Assembly (NCBI GenBank): GCA_964057225.1 | Contig: OZ059898.1 | Coordinates: 7,378,001-7,442,000 of the forward strand | Reading direction: 5' to 3' | From: Auanema rhodensis | Lineage: Eukaryota; Animalia; Nematoda | DNA length: 64,000 bases | Part shown: piece by piece, positions 22,567-36,919 of the stretch | Layout of the letters: the number at the start of each line of letters is the position of its first letter | Position numbering within the stretch: position 1 is the first letter of the stretch | Notes under the pieces: model-generated | Database searches by the model: none | Told to the model about the DNA's origin: nothing | What the model saw: only the letters and a program-made list of their open reading frames with translations | Position numbers and translations under genes: made by a program

Positions 22567-25500
22567 GAGAGAGAAAGTTTACATAAGTAGCAGAGTACAT
22601 AGCAGATATAGAATTGGCCAGGTCGAAGATAGACTCAAAGCAAGACGTCAGACAGAGCAAGAAAGAAAAACCAAGGTAGAAAGGGAGAGTTTCTCTGTTG
22701 GTATTGCAAGGGTACGGTGCTCTCTGTATTGACATTCCGATGACAACTAGCACCACCAGCATCTAGATGACGACGTGCAACAACTCAGAACGGTCTATGC
22801 TCGATGTGCTACTGGTCCATTTCACCCTGAAGAGACACAGAGAAAATTCAACATTTTTTCATTTGAAATAAGTCAATTCCAATCAACTAATTAAAGAACT
22901 TTCACTTGCTCATATGATGTTTGAAAGAAATGTATGTGGCATCTCTCTCAATCTAAGTATTTCTTTCATTCATAAAAATTCTTTCTCATTGCAACTTCAA
23001 CCATTTCACGACGAAGTACGATATCTTGTATTCTCATCTGAAGAGGCAAATGAGACAACGACGATGAAGACAACATACTGTCAGCATATCGTTCTCCTAC
23101 TTATTCGTCGTCGTTGCTGCCGCCGTTGCCTTCTTCTTATTCTTGATCTTCTTCTTCTTCATCTTTTATTTCGTTTTTCATCTCAAATTTCGTTTCAACT
23201 ATAAACTTTCTAGAATTTCTGAATGTATTTTATAATTTCGACAATTGTTAAAGAAAATGACATAAAATATGCCATTGAAATCAGTGAAACAACTGTGCTA
23301 GTTTGCATCATAAGAACTAGTTTTTACTCTCTTTCTCTCTTTCATATTTTATGATTTTTTCATTTGAATCTGGTATTAGCTAAAGCTTGATTGCTACCAT
23401 CTTCTTCAATTGTCTGTAGTTTTATCAATATAGAAGAAAATATACTTGTATTCTTCTTATTCGAGCATAATTCGTACCTGTACTTTTTTGGTAAATTTCT
23501 CCCTTCTCTCTCTCTCTCTCTCTCTCTCTTTGACTCTCTCAAAATCACACATCTCCCTTCTTTCGTTCGTACTTAGTTCAATTCATAGTTTTTCTCCATT
23601 TTAAGCCTACGAGATACCAACAAGCAACAAGTAGCTTGCATTATTCAAATATTCATTCTAGAACATGTAAATGTTAGGACCGGATGAAATTTTGCTTCCT
23701 TTTTGCGAAATATGGCCATTTAGTTTTCCTCAGGCAAATGGTATATCATTTGCTTAAACATTTCTATTTCAATTAATAACTTTATTATCAAAATAATATA
23801 TTGTATTAATTCCACTTCTCTTGAGACAATCATTCTCCTGTCGTCTAGAAGTATGTTATACGGTGCTCTTCTCCTTATTCGTCGGCTTGCCTTCAATGCT
23901 GCTGCTGACCTCGTTGACCTCAGAAGCATCAAGAAAACCGGTCGCTCTTCATCTTATTCTTTCTCTTGTGTTTCTTAGTCCCTCCTCTACTAACTACTAC
24001 TTTTCTCTCTATCTATCACTCTAACTTTCTCTTACCTTTTGAAAGTCTACCTCTTAATCAATTTTACTCTGTTTATCATATTATTATTCCCTCTCTTTCT
24101 TCTTTTAATTTTCTGTTCCTTGTATCTAAGGTCATTATAAAATTTCTAATTGGTATGAACCATGTAGTATGTCTCCATATATTAAAAGACAAAAAAAAAC
24201 AGTTAAACTAGAAAAAGAGTACAGTTAGATCTCATATAGCCATAGAAGGTCATCTTTCAGAATCTTTGTAACTTTCCATCATTCCCTCCATCTCTCTTTC
24301 CCCTTTCTCTCTTCCATTCTACGTGTTATCCGAAATTTCGTTTTCTTTCTGTTTGACTTGTTTCTTATCGTTCACAAAGTCATTTTAATGACTACTAATC
24401 TAAGGACATCTTCCGAGGCTAGCCAATCATCGTATGACCCCCAATCTTACACTTATACTAGTAGAAATATATTTTTTTTGTTTCATAATTATAGAAACAA
24501 CTATGTTTCTGCAGTCACCACCAGTACGATAGTTCATCTTTCATATTCATTTGTGATTTTCTATTTTATGAAGAGAAAGAGAATGAGCTTTCTTTGAAAT
24601 CTTTTTTTTATGATTTTGCCTCTATTACATATTATTTACCTGATTATATATACATATATTCACAAAGTTCTAATGTCTTCTTTTGTATTTTTTTTAGAAA
24701 TTTTTCATATAATTTACAAGAATACTCTCTCTCTATCTTTCTCTATCTTTTTTTTTATTTTAATACATTGTATCTATTTCCCACTCTTTTCATGTCTAGC
24801 TGTCTATCTGGTCTACCCCTATTGAACTCTTCCTTTCTTTTCAAGTATTCTTTCTATACATTAATTTTCTAAAACCTTTACCAAACCTGTCTCTTTTTAT
24901 CAAATTTTTTCTATCTCAAACATTAAAACAGTGATCATATTTCAAAACCATTTTTTCTTTTATATATATATCTAAAGCTTTATTTTATTTTCTACCCAAT
25001 AATTATATATATATATATAATATATAAATAAGTTTCTTATATCAAATAGATTTTCTTCAAAAATAAGTATATTTAGCATTTTTTGTGATTTTTTGAAAAG
25101 ATATTTCGATTATTGATATAAGTTCAATAATGAAAAAAAACTCAAGTTTCTAACATTTGATTAGCACACATCTACAGAAAAATTGAATAGAAAGAAAGAT
25201 AGATAGACTTCTTTAAAACAAAAAAATTGAAGATTATCCAATTGTCTGAAGTTATTTCTTTTTCAACCAAGTACTCAAAAATTGCTATCTCAATATATAT
25301 ATTTCTTCTCTTATTTAAAAAGAACTGTAAACTCTATTCTATTACGTCAATCTCTGTATATCTGAATGATGTACATACGTACATATTAATTAGCCTATCA
25401 CTTCAAAATAATTTTCACGTAAATCACGTGAAACTTCTATAATCCACCATTTCAAATGATATCGTAGTTGAACTGGTTGCTTTCTTAGTAAATTATCAAA

Positions 25501-28500
25501 TTCTGTCATCAAATTACCTCGATTTTTGCTTTTTTTGGCTATTTCTACTTTTTTTGTTCTCTCAATCCCGTTTCCCTTCTTCTCACTCTATTCCATCTTC
25601 TATCTCTCTTTATCATGTTAGCTCCATATGAATAGCTCGTACTTATCGTTCAAGAGTGCTGCTCTTTTCTTTTATCCAACGATTCAACCTACTTGGCCTT
25701 AATGAAGCTCGTTGTAGCCTACAACGCTTTAACTAAAGTTGCCATAAAGCATTAAAGAAATTTGAATATCACATCCCCTATTACCAGCAGCAAATTGTCC
25801 AAAGTTAGTTCTAAGTCCATTTATATGCACCGATTGAGACCTCAAAGTCGATTTACTTCATTTGACATCTTTTTCCTGCACATTCTATCCAAATTTCAAG
25901 TGTCTACATCACCACAATATCATTTCCTTATTGGCCAATTGACCAATTGCTGATGAGTCGTAAACTGATGAAGTTCCAATCCAGCAAAGAATTCTGTAAG
26001 CTTCATCTTCGTTGAGACAGGAAAAGCTCAGACAAATTGGTGATGAGCTTTGCCATTCCCTATGTCAATTTGCCACCATAGATCATTTCAGCACTTAGTA
26101 TCTCTACAGTTTCTATATCATACATCGAGTTTTAATTTTATATTATATTGAATATATCACTATGTTAGTGTAAAATATTACAAAATTATTTTCAATTTTC
26201 AAAATGCTCATAAAAAGAAAAAGAAAAAAGAATTTCAAGAATTTTCTTTTCTTTTAAATAATTTTTACAAACTATTATGTCAATATGAGTTATGCTTACA
26301 TATTGTATATTCAAATAAGAAAAAGTTCATGTTATATATATATAGAAAGTCCAATTTTATTTGATCGTTTGGATCATCCGCTTCAAATGCTTGCAATGTA
26401 GAATTTTTCTTTGAATTTTGAGCAAATATTTTAGTTCTATCCTGTCTTGAAATTCTTTATTGTTTTAATTCTCATCCATTTCTTATTTTCTTTGTTATTA
26501 TTCAGATAAATATACATTCAATCTTAATTATACTAGGTATTGTTAGAAAGAAACTATATATAGTTTGAGATAAAGTAATAACTTGTGAAACATCAAACCC
26601 TAAAAAGACAAAAAGTAGAAACTATAATCCTACTCTTTCCTTCAATACTCTTTTCATCCCTATTTTCTCTCAGCATCTGCCCACTTTCATTCGCTTTGGG
26701 AGGCCATCATAAGCTTATGTTGCCTTATAGCCTATGACACAGAGCTCCAATTGAACAAAAGTATTCTTTTGATTATACCAACAATGAAATTTCATGTCCC
26801 TTATAAAATCAGAATCTTCGTTATTTCCTTTTTGTTACTAACTCAAAGAGGTGAAAAGCCCGAGCAGTAGGAAAAAGAAAAGGAAGAGGAGGAGCGAGTA
26901 GACCTGGCTCTCGAAGCTACTGTCTGCAGTCCTTTTTCGCCGACGGCAATTTGTCCTTTTTTTGCAAACACCGTCTGTTGGCATTTACTTTTATTCTACG
27001 ACGTTCACACGAAAGCATATGTATGTATATTCAAGAAACTTTTTCAACTTTTATTTCAACTAGAAAATTTTTTGTTCATGTCCAAGTTCTGACGATCATT
27101 TGTTATATCTTCCTCATATGTCTTCATCAAAAGTTAGAACTGGTATTCATATATTTCCTGACTGGGTGGCTAGTATGCTTTGAATTTTCATTTTTTTCTC
27201 ATAAAACAATTTGGTTGAGAATTCATTTGGGGCTTAAAAAAATTCTGTAAAGTAAAAGCTGCAGATGATTGATATACGAGAAAAGCTATACCAGCACTTT
27301 TAGTGTTTCATCAAAGTCAAAACACAATAAACTACGAATATAAATCTAAGGATTTATATATTCTTGCCTTCTTCATCCTCTCTTTCTTCATTGTATTCAA
27401 GTTATAGTACTCATTGTTTCAATCTTTCTATCTCCTGTTTTGATTATTTGACTAAACTTGTTATAATTATACAATTTTAAATTATATGTAAATATATTAA
27501 ATATCGTTTTATTTTCATTTTCTCTTTCAGTTTTTTTCTTTAATTATACTTTATATGTTTTAATATTTTCAATTCAGATGCCACATTATGCTTAAGACAA
27601 AAGCTAATATATATTGTTACTCAATGATTCAAACACATTAAATCTGACAAATATCAATTGCAAGTTTTCAATATTTTGCTTAAATCTTTAAGCTAATCTA
27701 TAAATAATTTGTTTGATAACTTAAACAAATTTATTTTATTCGAGCAATTGATAACTTATGTTCATACTAATTTTATTTTGTATAGTCTTCTTCTTTAAAA
27801 TAATCTATTTATAATAATAATAATCACAATTTAATATATATAAATATTTTTTTTGAGAAAGAAAAAAAAAGAAACGAATATAAATCTAAAAATGTTAAAT
27901 ATGCTATTAAACGAATAATGAATTATTAAGCTTTTCATCGTTATCTTCTTTGCCCTCATATATCCAAACACAATATACACACACATATATATATATAATT
28001 ATAAAAATAATATATATATATATACATTTATATTTATATATTATAATATAAATATAAATATATGTATATGAATGTGAGCTTATGAGAAAAATCTTTTATA
28101 CTTTTCCTAAATTGCATGATAGATTTTCTATTTTTTTTAGTTAATCATCATCATATTTCATTCTTATATCTGTTTCTTGTACCATCTTATTTCAGTTTAT
28201 TCTTCACCTGTTAACAGCTGAATAACAATGAAATTATGAAACAGATTTTCAATAAAAGATTAAAAAAAAATTTATTTGACTAAAAAACATTTATTCATTT
28301 AATTATTAATAACTTCAATAGAATAAGGCAGTTTTCAAAGAAACTATTGTTATGTAGAAAGTTGTAATATTGCATATGGCTTAGTTTTAGCATCATCTGT
28401 CAAGTCCATCATAACGACATTCGATACTCAGCATCCTTCTGCTAACACCAGACCCTGCTCCAGCTTCATCCTGAAATGCTTCTGCCACGTCTTCCTTCTT

Positions 28501-30492
28501 CATCATTAACCCTAATCATCACCATCATCACAACAGCATTACTCTGTCTTTGAACTGAGAGAAGAGCAGTGATAGTACACAGCTTAGCCTAAATTGAAAC
28601 TTCTATGTAGAGGTTAGCAGCTTGATGTAACATCATTTTCTTCATGTTTGTGCCAATGATTGAAGGCATTTCCCAATGAAAAGATGAGAAATCATAGAAA
28701 TATTTCTCGTATCACCTCTCAACTTCTATTGCTTTTTCTTTTATCCTCTTCTCAGTACTTCTTAGCTTCAGAAGCTGCATCTCTAACTCTATAACAGCAT
28801 CTTCGTCTAACTTAGACTTCATTTTAGTGCATACTGGAAGAACAATAAAGAGTATAGAGGATTAGAATATATAGATTCATATATGGAACCACATCTTTTC
28901 TTCATTTTATTCTTCTTCTTCCTCATTTCCCATTTTTTTAAGAAAAAAAAACTTCTTCAATTTCTCAACGAACAATCAGCTTTACTCTAAAAATGGCTGT
29001 GCGTATTTTTCTTTTTTTGTGCTATCTTTGCCTCTTTCTTAGGAGAAAAAAGAAGATAACAATAACTGGATCGTTTAAACTGGGAGAAATTGTTTTATTT
29101 TCAAACAAAATATTCTTCAATTTCCTTACCAGCAAAAGAGATTTTTTTTTAAATTTCATCAAAAGCATTTACATTGAAACAATTTTACAAAAAAACAAAA
29201 CAAATGTTTTATAATGAAGATGATGATAAGATAAACGAAATGAAATGTCTTTTTTGGTGTGTAATAGACAATTTATATCTATATAAACTTAACTATATAT
29301 ATATATATATGTATATGTATATACATAGTATATTTATATATATATATTGACATTTATAAGAGACAAAAACGATAAAAATTCAAACATAGATGGAAACAAA
29401 GACAGGAATGAAGATTTGATGAGAAAATTTAATGAAACTATGCATCTAAAGATGATTCATTTCTGTGAATTTTCTGATTTAATATTTTCTCTTCTATTCT
29501 CTCTATGGTACATTTCTAGTAACTAACTTCTTCCATTCTCTCCTTTCTCTATCTCTCTCTCCCATTCTATAACACGCAGCAAGCTCAAAGTTCGAAAAGG
29601 TTGCTACTGATGAACTGATGAAGCTTCAGAACTCGATTTAAAATTTCAATGAGAATCTCAATGTGATGGACCAAGAAAGCTTTTTTTCCATATATAATTT
29701 TACTTTCTTCTTTCCCCTTTTCCGTTCCAAATTTTTTTTTGAATCATGACGTCATCTGATTTTCCAATCGTTTACGTGATATAACATATACATACACGTA
29801 CATTTTCTATCTTTCTCCCTCTATTTCTTACTTTCTTTATTTCAATCTCTCTTAACTCTTTTTTTCTTTTCAATCTTTCCTTCATTCTTCCTATACAAGT
29901 TGCCATTTGAAATTTCTAGAATACGAATATCTAATTCTCGCTTTTCAAGGATGAAGAGTCTATATATCTAAATTTTCCAAGCTGTCTATTCAGCAACATT
30001 AATCTCATTCCATATTCGGCTATTCAGGTGCAAACCTTATTCGTGCGAGTGTCTGTTTATATCTGAATGAATGTCGTTGTCATCTGATTCGAAGACAACT
30101 GACCCGTGGAAGCACTGATTTTTGAAATCTGAAGTTACGTCCTTCCGTCTTTCTAAGACTGCTTCACAGCTTAGAAAAAAAATTAAATTTTATCACATTT
30201 CAACATTCTTTTCGGTTTTCATCATGACTTATATTGAAGCTGATTTCAAATTCGCCACGGATATAGAGAAAAAGCTTTTGCACTCAGAAACATATTTGAT
30301 GTTCAGACAGGCTTAACTAGAATAAGAAACATGAAAAAATCATATACGATATCATATATGTATAATTATATCAAATTTTTATTCAAACACTTCAAACCAG
30401 GAATCCAGAAAGAACCATTAAAAATTGAGTAAAGTATTGAAACTTCAGTACATAGAGGCACACATTAATTTCCCTCGATATTCAACTATCTC

Positions 30493-30523
<31 letters not shown>

Positions 30524-32307
30524 CTTTCGACCTCTTTTAGTATTTCTCTTTTTCTCTTTTAATGTATATATCTTTCCCTCATACACATACATATACACAC
30601 AGTTACTCTCTTGCTTTCCCTCACTTTTCATCATCATTTCCCTCTTTATTCCTTTCATAGTTATGATTATAATCAATTCTTTCATGATTTATTCTCTATC
30701 TCTTTAGTATCTATAATCTTTCTATAGTCTTTTTCACTCTCATCATCAAATGTCAATAAAATCATGAATTAGTTATGATGATGAACATGGCTCTCTGTGA
30801 TTGTGCAAACCCAATGTCCTCTCCTCTATTCCACATATCAGATGTTTGCCTATTTTCAGATATGAAATCTTTTTTTTTCCTTCATATTCTTCCAGTTTAT
30901 TTATTGTATAACATATTATATCTCAAACAGCTAAAAATAATAATCAACAGTTTAAATGGAAGGACTACATATTAGCTTTCAGTTGGCTAAATTTATTAAA
31001 ATTACTTTCATATGTTAAGATGTAATCATATAATTTTTAAATTTTATATTTAAGTTATTCTTTGTCAAATTTATACTCTCTTCATTAGATAATTTTAAAT
31101 TCTTCATATTTGATTCTGAATTGACATCATGATCGACTAATTATTTAGTTTTTTTTCTTTTCATTGTCAACTCCTCAAAGGTTATTTTAACAAAAAATCG
31201 TTTGATGATATACTATAATTGATGTTTTTGTCTCTTTGAGGAACTAGATAACTATATGAAAAACGATAAAGAAACGACAAAAAAAGAGAATTCATTTCAT
31301 GAACAAGGCCACCTTACGGCTCAATCTACGTTTTCATCTCTTTCATCTATGCCTTCCTTTTCTCACCACTACTTCCCTCATTCTTTTGTTTTAATTTCTC
31401 AATAGTTGTAGAGGAAAGCATTAAGACCATAACTTCATATATAAAGATTGTATGAAGAGAAAGAGAATGTAAGAGGTAATCAGTTTGGAGTAAAACAGTA
31501 GTCGAGTTAGGTGGTAGAACTACAGGCTACTGACCTTAGTCTTTCCTTTCACTGTTCTCGTCTCTTTCTCTCTATAGATCTCTCCATCTCTCTTGTCTAC
31601 CTTTTTCTTTTTTAATTTTTTTCCCAATGTAAAGGCCATTTACAATCTTTTCCATCATTAAGGCATGCCTTTTACCACACAAGCAGTCTTCCAATTTCTT
31701 TTTTTTTTTCAACTTTCCGCACAGTTCCATAATATTTTCTTATGATTAAGATTGTCATGCTGATCAATCGAACACTTGGCATCTTCTTATCTTTTCAAAC
31801 ATTCTCAAACTTTATTTTGTTTTGAAAATATTTTGGAAAACTATTTGATCTAATGAGAAATAAATCCTTTTCATCGATTTCTGTATGATCAAACTATTCT
31901 CGTCCTATCTTCTCCCTCCACCCATTTTCAAATAATGCTAATATAGAAAATCAGTTTGAATGTATCTACTCTCTGGCTCACATTCCTTCTCTTCCTCTTT
32001 TCCTCTCATTCTCTTATTTTCTTTCTGTTTGTCTCACATACTATATATATATATACATCTATATATATAGTATGTATGATTAAATATGTTTATTTTTTAT
32101 CGTTTAGATTATTTCTCGTCTAATTTTCACTCAAATAGTCTTCCTTTTTTCTAAAAAAAACTTTTTTTTACATTTTCATTCACCGGTTCTAATGTTTAGA
32201 AATGAATATGCTATGCATAGTTATCAGATTTCCAATCGAGAAGTCAACTATGGCTTGTCTACTTGGTACAGCTTTCCTTGTGATATTCACAGTTTCACCC
32301 TGATCCC

Positions 32308-32310
<3 letters not shown>

Positions 32311-32352
<42 letters not shown>

Positions 32353-32367
32353 CCTCTCTCTCTCTCT
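32311..32367. repeat. (TC)n microsatellite
   Basis: Directly visible. Confidence 0.9.
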
Positions 32368-33593
32368 GCCTTTTTTTTATTCTTTCGTTTACCCTCTACT
32401 TCTGATGCCATTATATTTATTTCTGCTATCCTCGTAGTCTCTTCCTCTTTCAATTTTCTCAATCATTTCAATCATCTCAATAACATCACATATTCTTCCA
32501 TTCAGGTTCACCCAGTCATTTTCTTTCAAATTTGCTTTCTGACCTTTTATGGTCGCTGATTTTTAAAACGCCATGGAATATTCTTGAAACTTTTCGTTGA
32601 ATTACTTTTATTTTGTAATTTACATGAGGAAAACAGATTCATTGAACTAACATTATTATTAAACATAGATGAAAACATTGCCATTTTCTCTTGAAATCAA
32701 CACCATTGTTCTAACAGAAGAAAAACTTTTTATTTTTGGTTTTTTAATAATTTTTTTTGAAAAATTAAGAAAAAGAAAAAAACGGTTTTCTAATGATTAT
32801 TCATGGCTTGTATCATCAGCATCCTCCATTTTCATCATCATCATCTAACGAAAGGCTAAACACGTTGTACATATATTGCAAAGTTTTCGTTCTATTATTC
32901 GCATTTCTTTATTATTTGTTTTCTTTTATTATACATTTTACATATAATATATAATATATTTATATATTTATTATATATATTATATATATATGTAGTAATA
33001 TAGTTATATATATCTTATTAATCTTATTTATAATTTCAGGAATATCTGATTTGTTATCCTATACCATCTACATTATCCAATGAAATCTGGTTGAAGGACA
33101 TCCAATCGAATATTCTGATACTTGAAAGATTTTTTATACGGCAAAGTTTATCTTAATTTCTTATATTTCATCTGTCTTTTTATTTTATGTTATAACTAAC
33201 TATACCATATAGTTATTTTGTAATGGAGTATAAAACTTCTAAAACCAAAAATCTCCGGCAAAACCATTTGCAAATCAAAAAGAAATATGTGAAACATACC
33301 AGTTTGCAATATTCTCTTATAAATGCAATTTTTGTTTAAAAAAATTCTCTTTTTTTCTTATTTTTAATTGTTCAACATTTCTGACTTTTAATGCTTCTGC
33401 TACCATATATAGTCCTATGACCTTGTACTTCTGGTTCAACGACATCACTTACAAGCACAAACACTAAATTCAGAATAGAAAAAATAATTTTTACTTAATA
33501 ATCTCATTTTTTTGGTCCAAAAGAAATAATTTGTTCTAGTCAAAACGAAGGAAATTCAATTTTTGAACTGATGACGAGAATAGAAAAAGAACC

Positions 33594-33597
<4 letters not shown>

Positions 33598-33680
<83 letters not shown>
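33598..33680. repeat. (GA)n microsatellite
   Basis: Directly visible, one interruption. Confidence 0.95.
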
Positions 33681-33686
<6 letters not shown>

Positions 33687-33884
33687 GGGAAAAAGCATAC
33701 TTGACTTATGTAAATTTATCAGACTGATAAATACTATTTGTATATATAACGATGTAAAATTTAAAAAAGCGAAAGTTTTATTTAAAAAGATGAATAGTTG
33801 AAATGATTAGGTTGAATATAGTCTGTATATTTGAATTAGATGCTAATTATTTCTCTGTTATTCAAATACTTGTTAAACTATTTG

Positions 33885-33890
<6 letters not shown>

Positions 33891-33933
<43 letters not shown>
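33891..33933. repeat. (TA)n microsatellite
   Basis: Directly visible. Confidence 0.95.
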
Positions 33934-33940
<7 letters not shown>

Positions 33941-35382
33941 CTTTAACACATTTTCTATTGATATTGATTCATTTGAATTTTTTTTTTTTGAATTTGTTGA
34001 ATTGATTTTTGAGATGATGTTTAGAAAGAAACGGGACTGATGGTAAAAAGTGTTGAAGTACCCATGTTTGATGAGAAGTTCTTGATCAATCATAACAGAA
34101 ATATCAAATATTCTTTAATATAACTAGAAGATGTTTAAAGAAATGTTTTATGCCAAAAGAGTTTCTACGGAGTTTCTACTTGGATATTAATCTATATTTC
34201 ATCTCTATGAATAGTAAATTAGAATCCATTTAGTTAACTATATCGAAATATTTCTTTTTTTTGTGAATTTTTCCATGAAACCTCTTTGATTCGTTGGTTC
34301 TATGATTTTACTTTTTTTCATAATTCTAGAAATAAGGTTTTCAATACTTATTTTGTTAGATTTAGACTATTCTTTTCTTTTCTTGACATCTAACTCATTA
34401 TATATCTAAGTCATAAACATTTTAGTTTAGAAAGAGTGAGAAAATTAGAGAAAAAGAGAAAAAAAAGGTTAGATAGAGAAAAGAGAGACTACAGATTGAG
34501 AGAGAGTTGTAGAAAGGTACAGATCAAGGTGAACCTATCTGGATTCCCAGTATCCATATAGGGCAATGGAAAGACCTTCTTTCATCTCCCTCATTGAGAG
34601 TTTCTATCCTAATTACAGTACGTCTTCTTCTTTACCTCTTTTCTATAGAATATTGCCTCGTTCTTGCAATAATCATCATCATCGTCTTCTTCGGGTTTTC
34701 TTTAGCCTCAACTTCATCATCTTTGGTTCCGATTTTCAACTAGATTTCAACATTTCTCTCTCTCTCTTTTTCTCTTTCTTTCTATACCTTCCAGGCTATT
34801 CTCTGTGCCATTAACATAACTGTTGGTTTCTCGTAAGCAGAGGTTTTGACAGTATAAGAGAATAGTCTAAGGGAGATGAGAATATGCAATATTTCATTGA
34901 AACACACTTCGTATGGCATTTTAGAGATTTACTAAACTTTTCTAAAGTAAATCCTCTATTCATCTTAATATGCTTGTTAAACGATATATCGTCTTCGTTC
35001 TGTTCATACCTTTTCATATTGTAGTTATGATGATGATGTATTGTGCTGATTCTTCAAAAGAAAATTTACCTGTCGTCTGTTCATCTGTTCTCATAGCCAG
35101 TCCATTTAAGGGTCAAATCTTAAATAAGACAAAACTGTGCTTCAATACATTAAGTTGATTAAAAGAGAGATGACGAAGAATAATCGACCATCAAAGTCAT
35201 GAACCTGACGATAGCTATCTCAAGATTTTCTGAAAAAGATTGATAAGGCTGTACCAGGCTACTAGACGAATATCTCTCCCTAATAAACAGTCTAGCTTAT
35301 CTGTAATGCTATGATTTCAAGCTTGTCTATTGCTCTGTGTTACAGATTTGGATTGTTATTTTGTAGTTTTCAGAGGGTGCGT

Positions 35383-35425
<43 letters not shown>

Positions 35426-36849
35426 TTCGAACAGTTCAGGAAATTAACATAGTTTCTAAGATTAAGACGGCAGAGATTATAGGTTATCATCAGGCGCAGT
35501 AGTAAATTCAAGGATTTTGAGCCATTTTCCAATTAAAAGTTAAAACTCTCTTTACTCTCTTTATCTTATTCTTTCCCTTTGGTTATATTCTCGCTTGATC
35601 TCTATCTCTTTGAGATTCTCTTCATCTCTTTAAAGTTTCTCTCTTATTGCTTATTGGCGGATAGTTTTGGTACAGAGGTAGAAAGAGTAGAGGGGAGTTG
35701 ACAATTATGAGTGACCTTACTCACTGGGGTCAAGAGCGTTCTATCTTCATCTCTTTCCATCTCACCCTCTCTTCTCTATCTATCGTGTTTCTACCAATAA
35801 CAGTCACTACCAGCCACCCATCTATAACTGCACCTACTGTCTTCTTCATTTCTTTTGATCGTCATCGTTTCCTTTCCCTTGATTCTCTCTCTCTATCTCT
35901 CTTTATCTTTTGCTCCCTATATCTCTATGTCTCCTTCTTTATCTGCCCCATTCACATATCTTTCTCGCTTTCCATTTGACAGTTAAGCTCATTCTCTAGC
36001 TGCTAATGTATTCTGGAGATGTTCGTGAATCAGCATTAGGTTGTTGATAACTATTAACTCAGTATAACCATTTCCTTTTGATTGTCTGCCACATTTACCG
36101 AAACAACTGGCTTCTTCATTATCATTTTCCCGCAAAAGTGATATTCATGTGTTCAATCCATATTTCTAACATATAGTTTGACTGAATTCTACTATCAAAA
36201 ATAAAATATAATATTATAACAATAGAAAAATATATAATATGCTATTTCTAATTAATAAAATATAGATATATAAGTTATTATAATTTAATATAGATATATG
36301 TATCTATATACATATTGATATATGAACATGAATATCATCAACATGTAATCATTATACTTTAAAACTCATTTTTGCCATAAACTATATTCTCAGATAACGT
36401 TATTGCTTTCAAGTTTTTGTGCCTGTTTCAAACATACGTAGTATGTTCTTTCAATATCATATTGACTTTTCACTCAGTAAAAGTACATTTCCAGCTGTTC
36501 TTTCATCGATATCTTTCATTCTAATTTATTATTTAAGTTTGCACTTTATGAATTTATTATTTTTTTTATATATTTATGTCTATTACCATTTTACTATTTC
36601 AATCTTAACTATTATATATCCATATATATATTATTTTATTTATTTATATGTTTATACTTTATATACTATATACATCAATATTCTTATAAATTAAAGAAGA
36701 AAAAAACAAAAATTAATTTATTCAATTGAAGTCTATATGGTCAAATCTTTGATGTAGTAACAATAATGAAAAGCGTATTTTCATTTGATTTTTGCTTCAT
36801 TCTTCCCATAAATGAACTCATATCATTCAAACGGCATCCTATTACACAA

Positions 36850-36914
<65 letters not shown>
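36850..36914. repeat. C10 run followed by (CT)n microsatellite
   Basis: Directly visible. Confidence 0.95.

Positions 36915-36919
<5 letters not shown>

Noticed and set aside
22711-22770. Hairpin containing TAGCACCA (miR-29/83-like seed)
   Set aside because: The stem is heavily interrupted, the seed is badly positioned on the arm, and the rest does not match the family.
25950-26000. Hammerhead-like CTGATGA-stem-GAAG
   Set aside because: GAAG instead of GAAA, a weak stem II and no stem I partner.
33040-33175. Possible orphan exon after TTTCAG
   Set aside because: No recognisable motif, weak donor and no partner exons.
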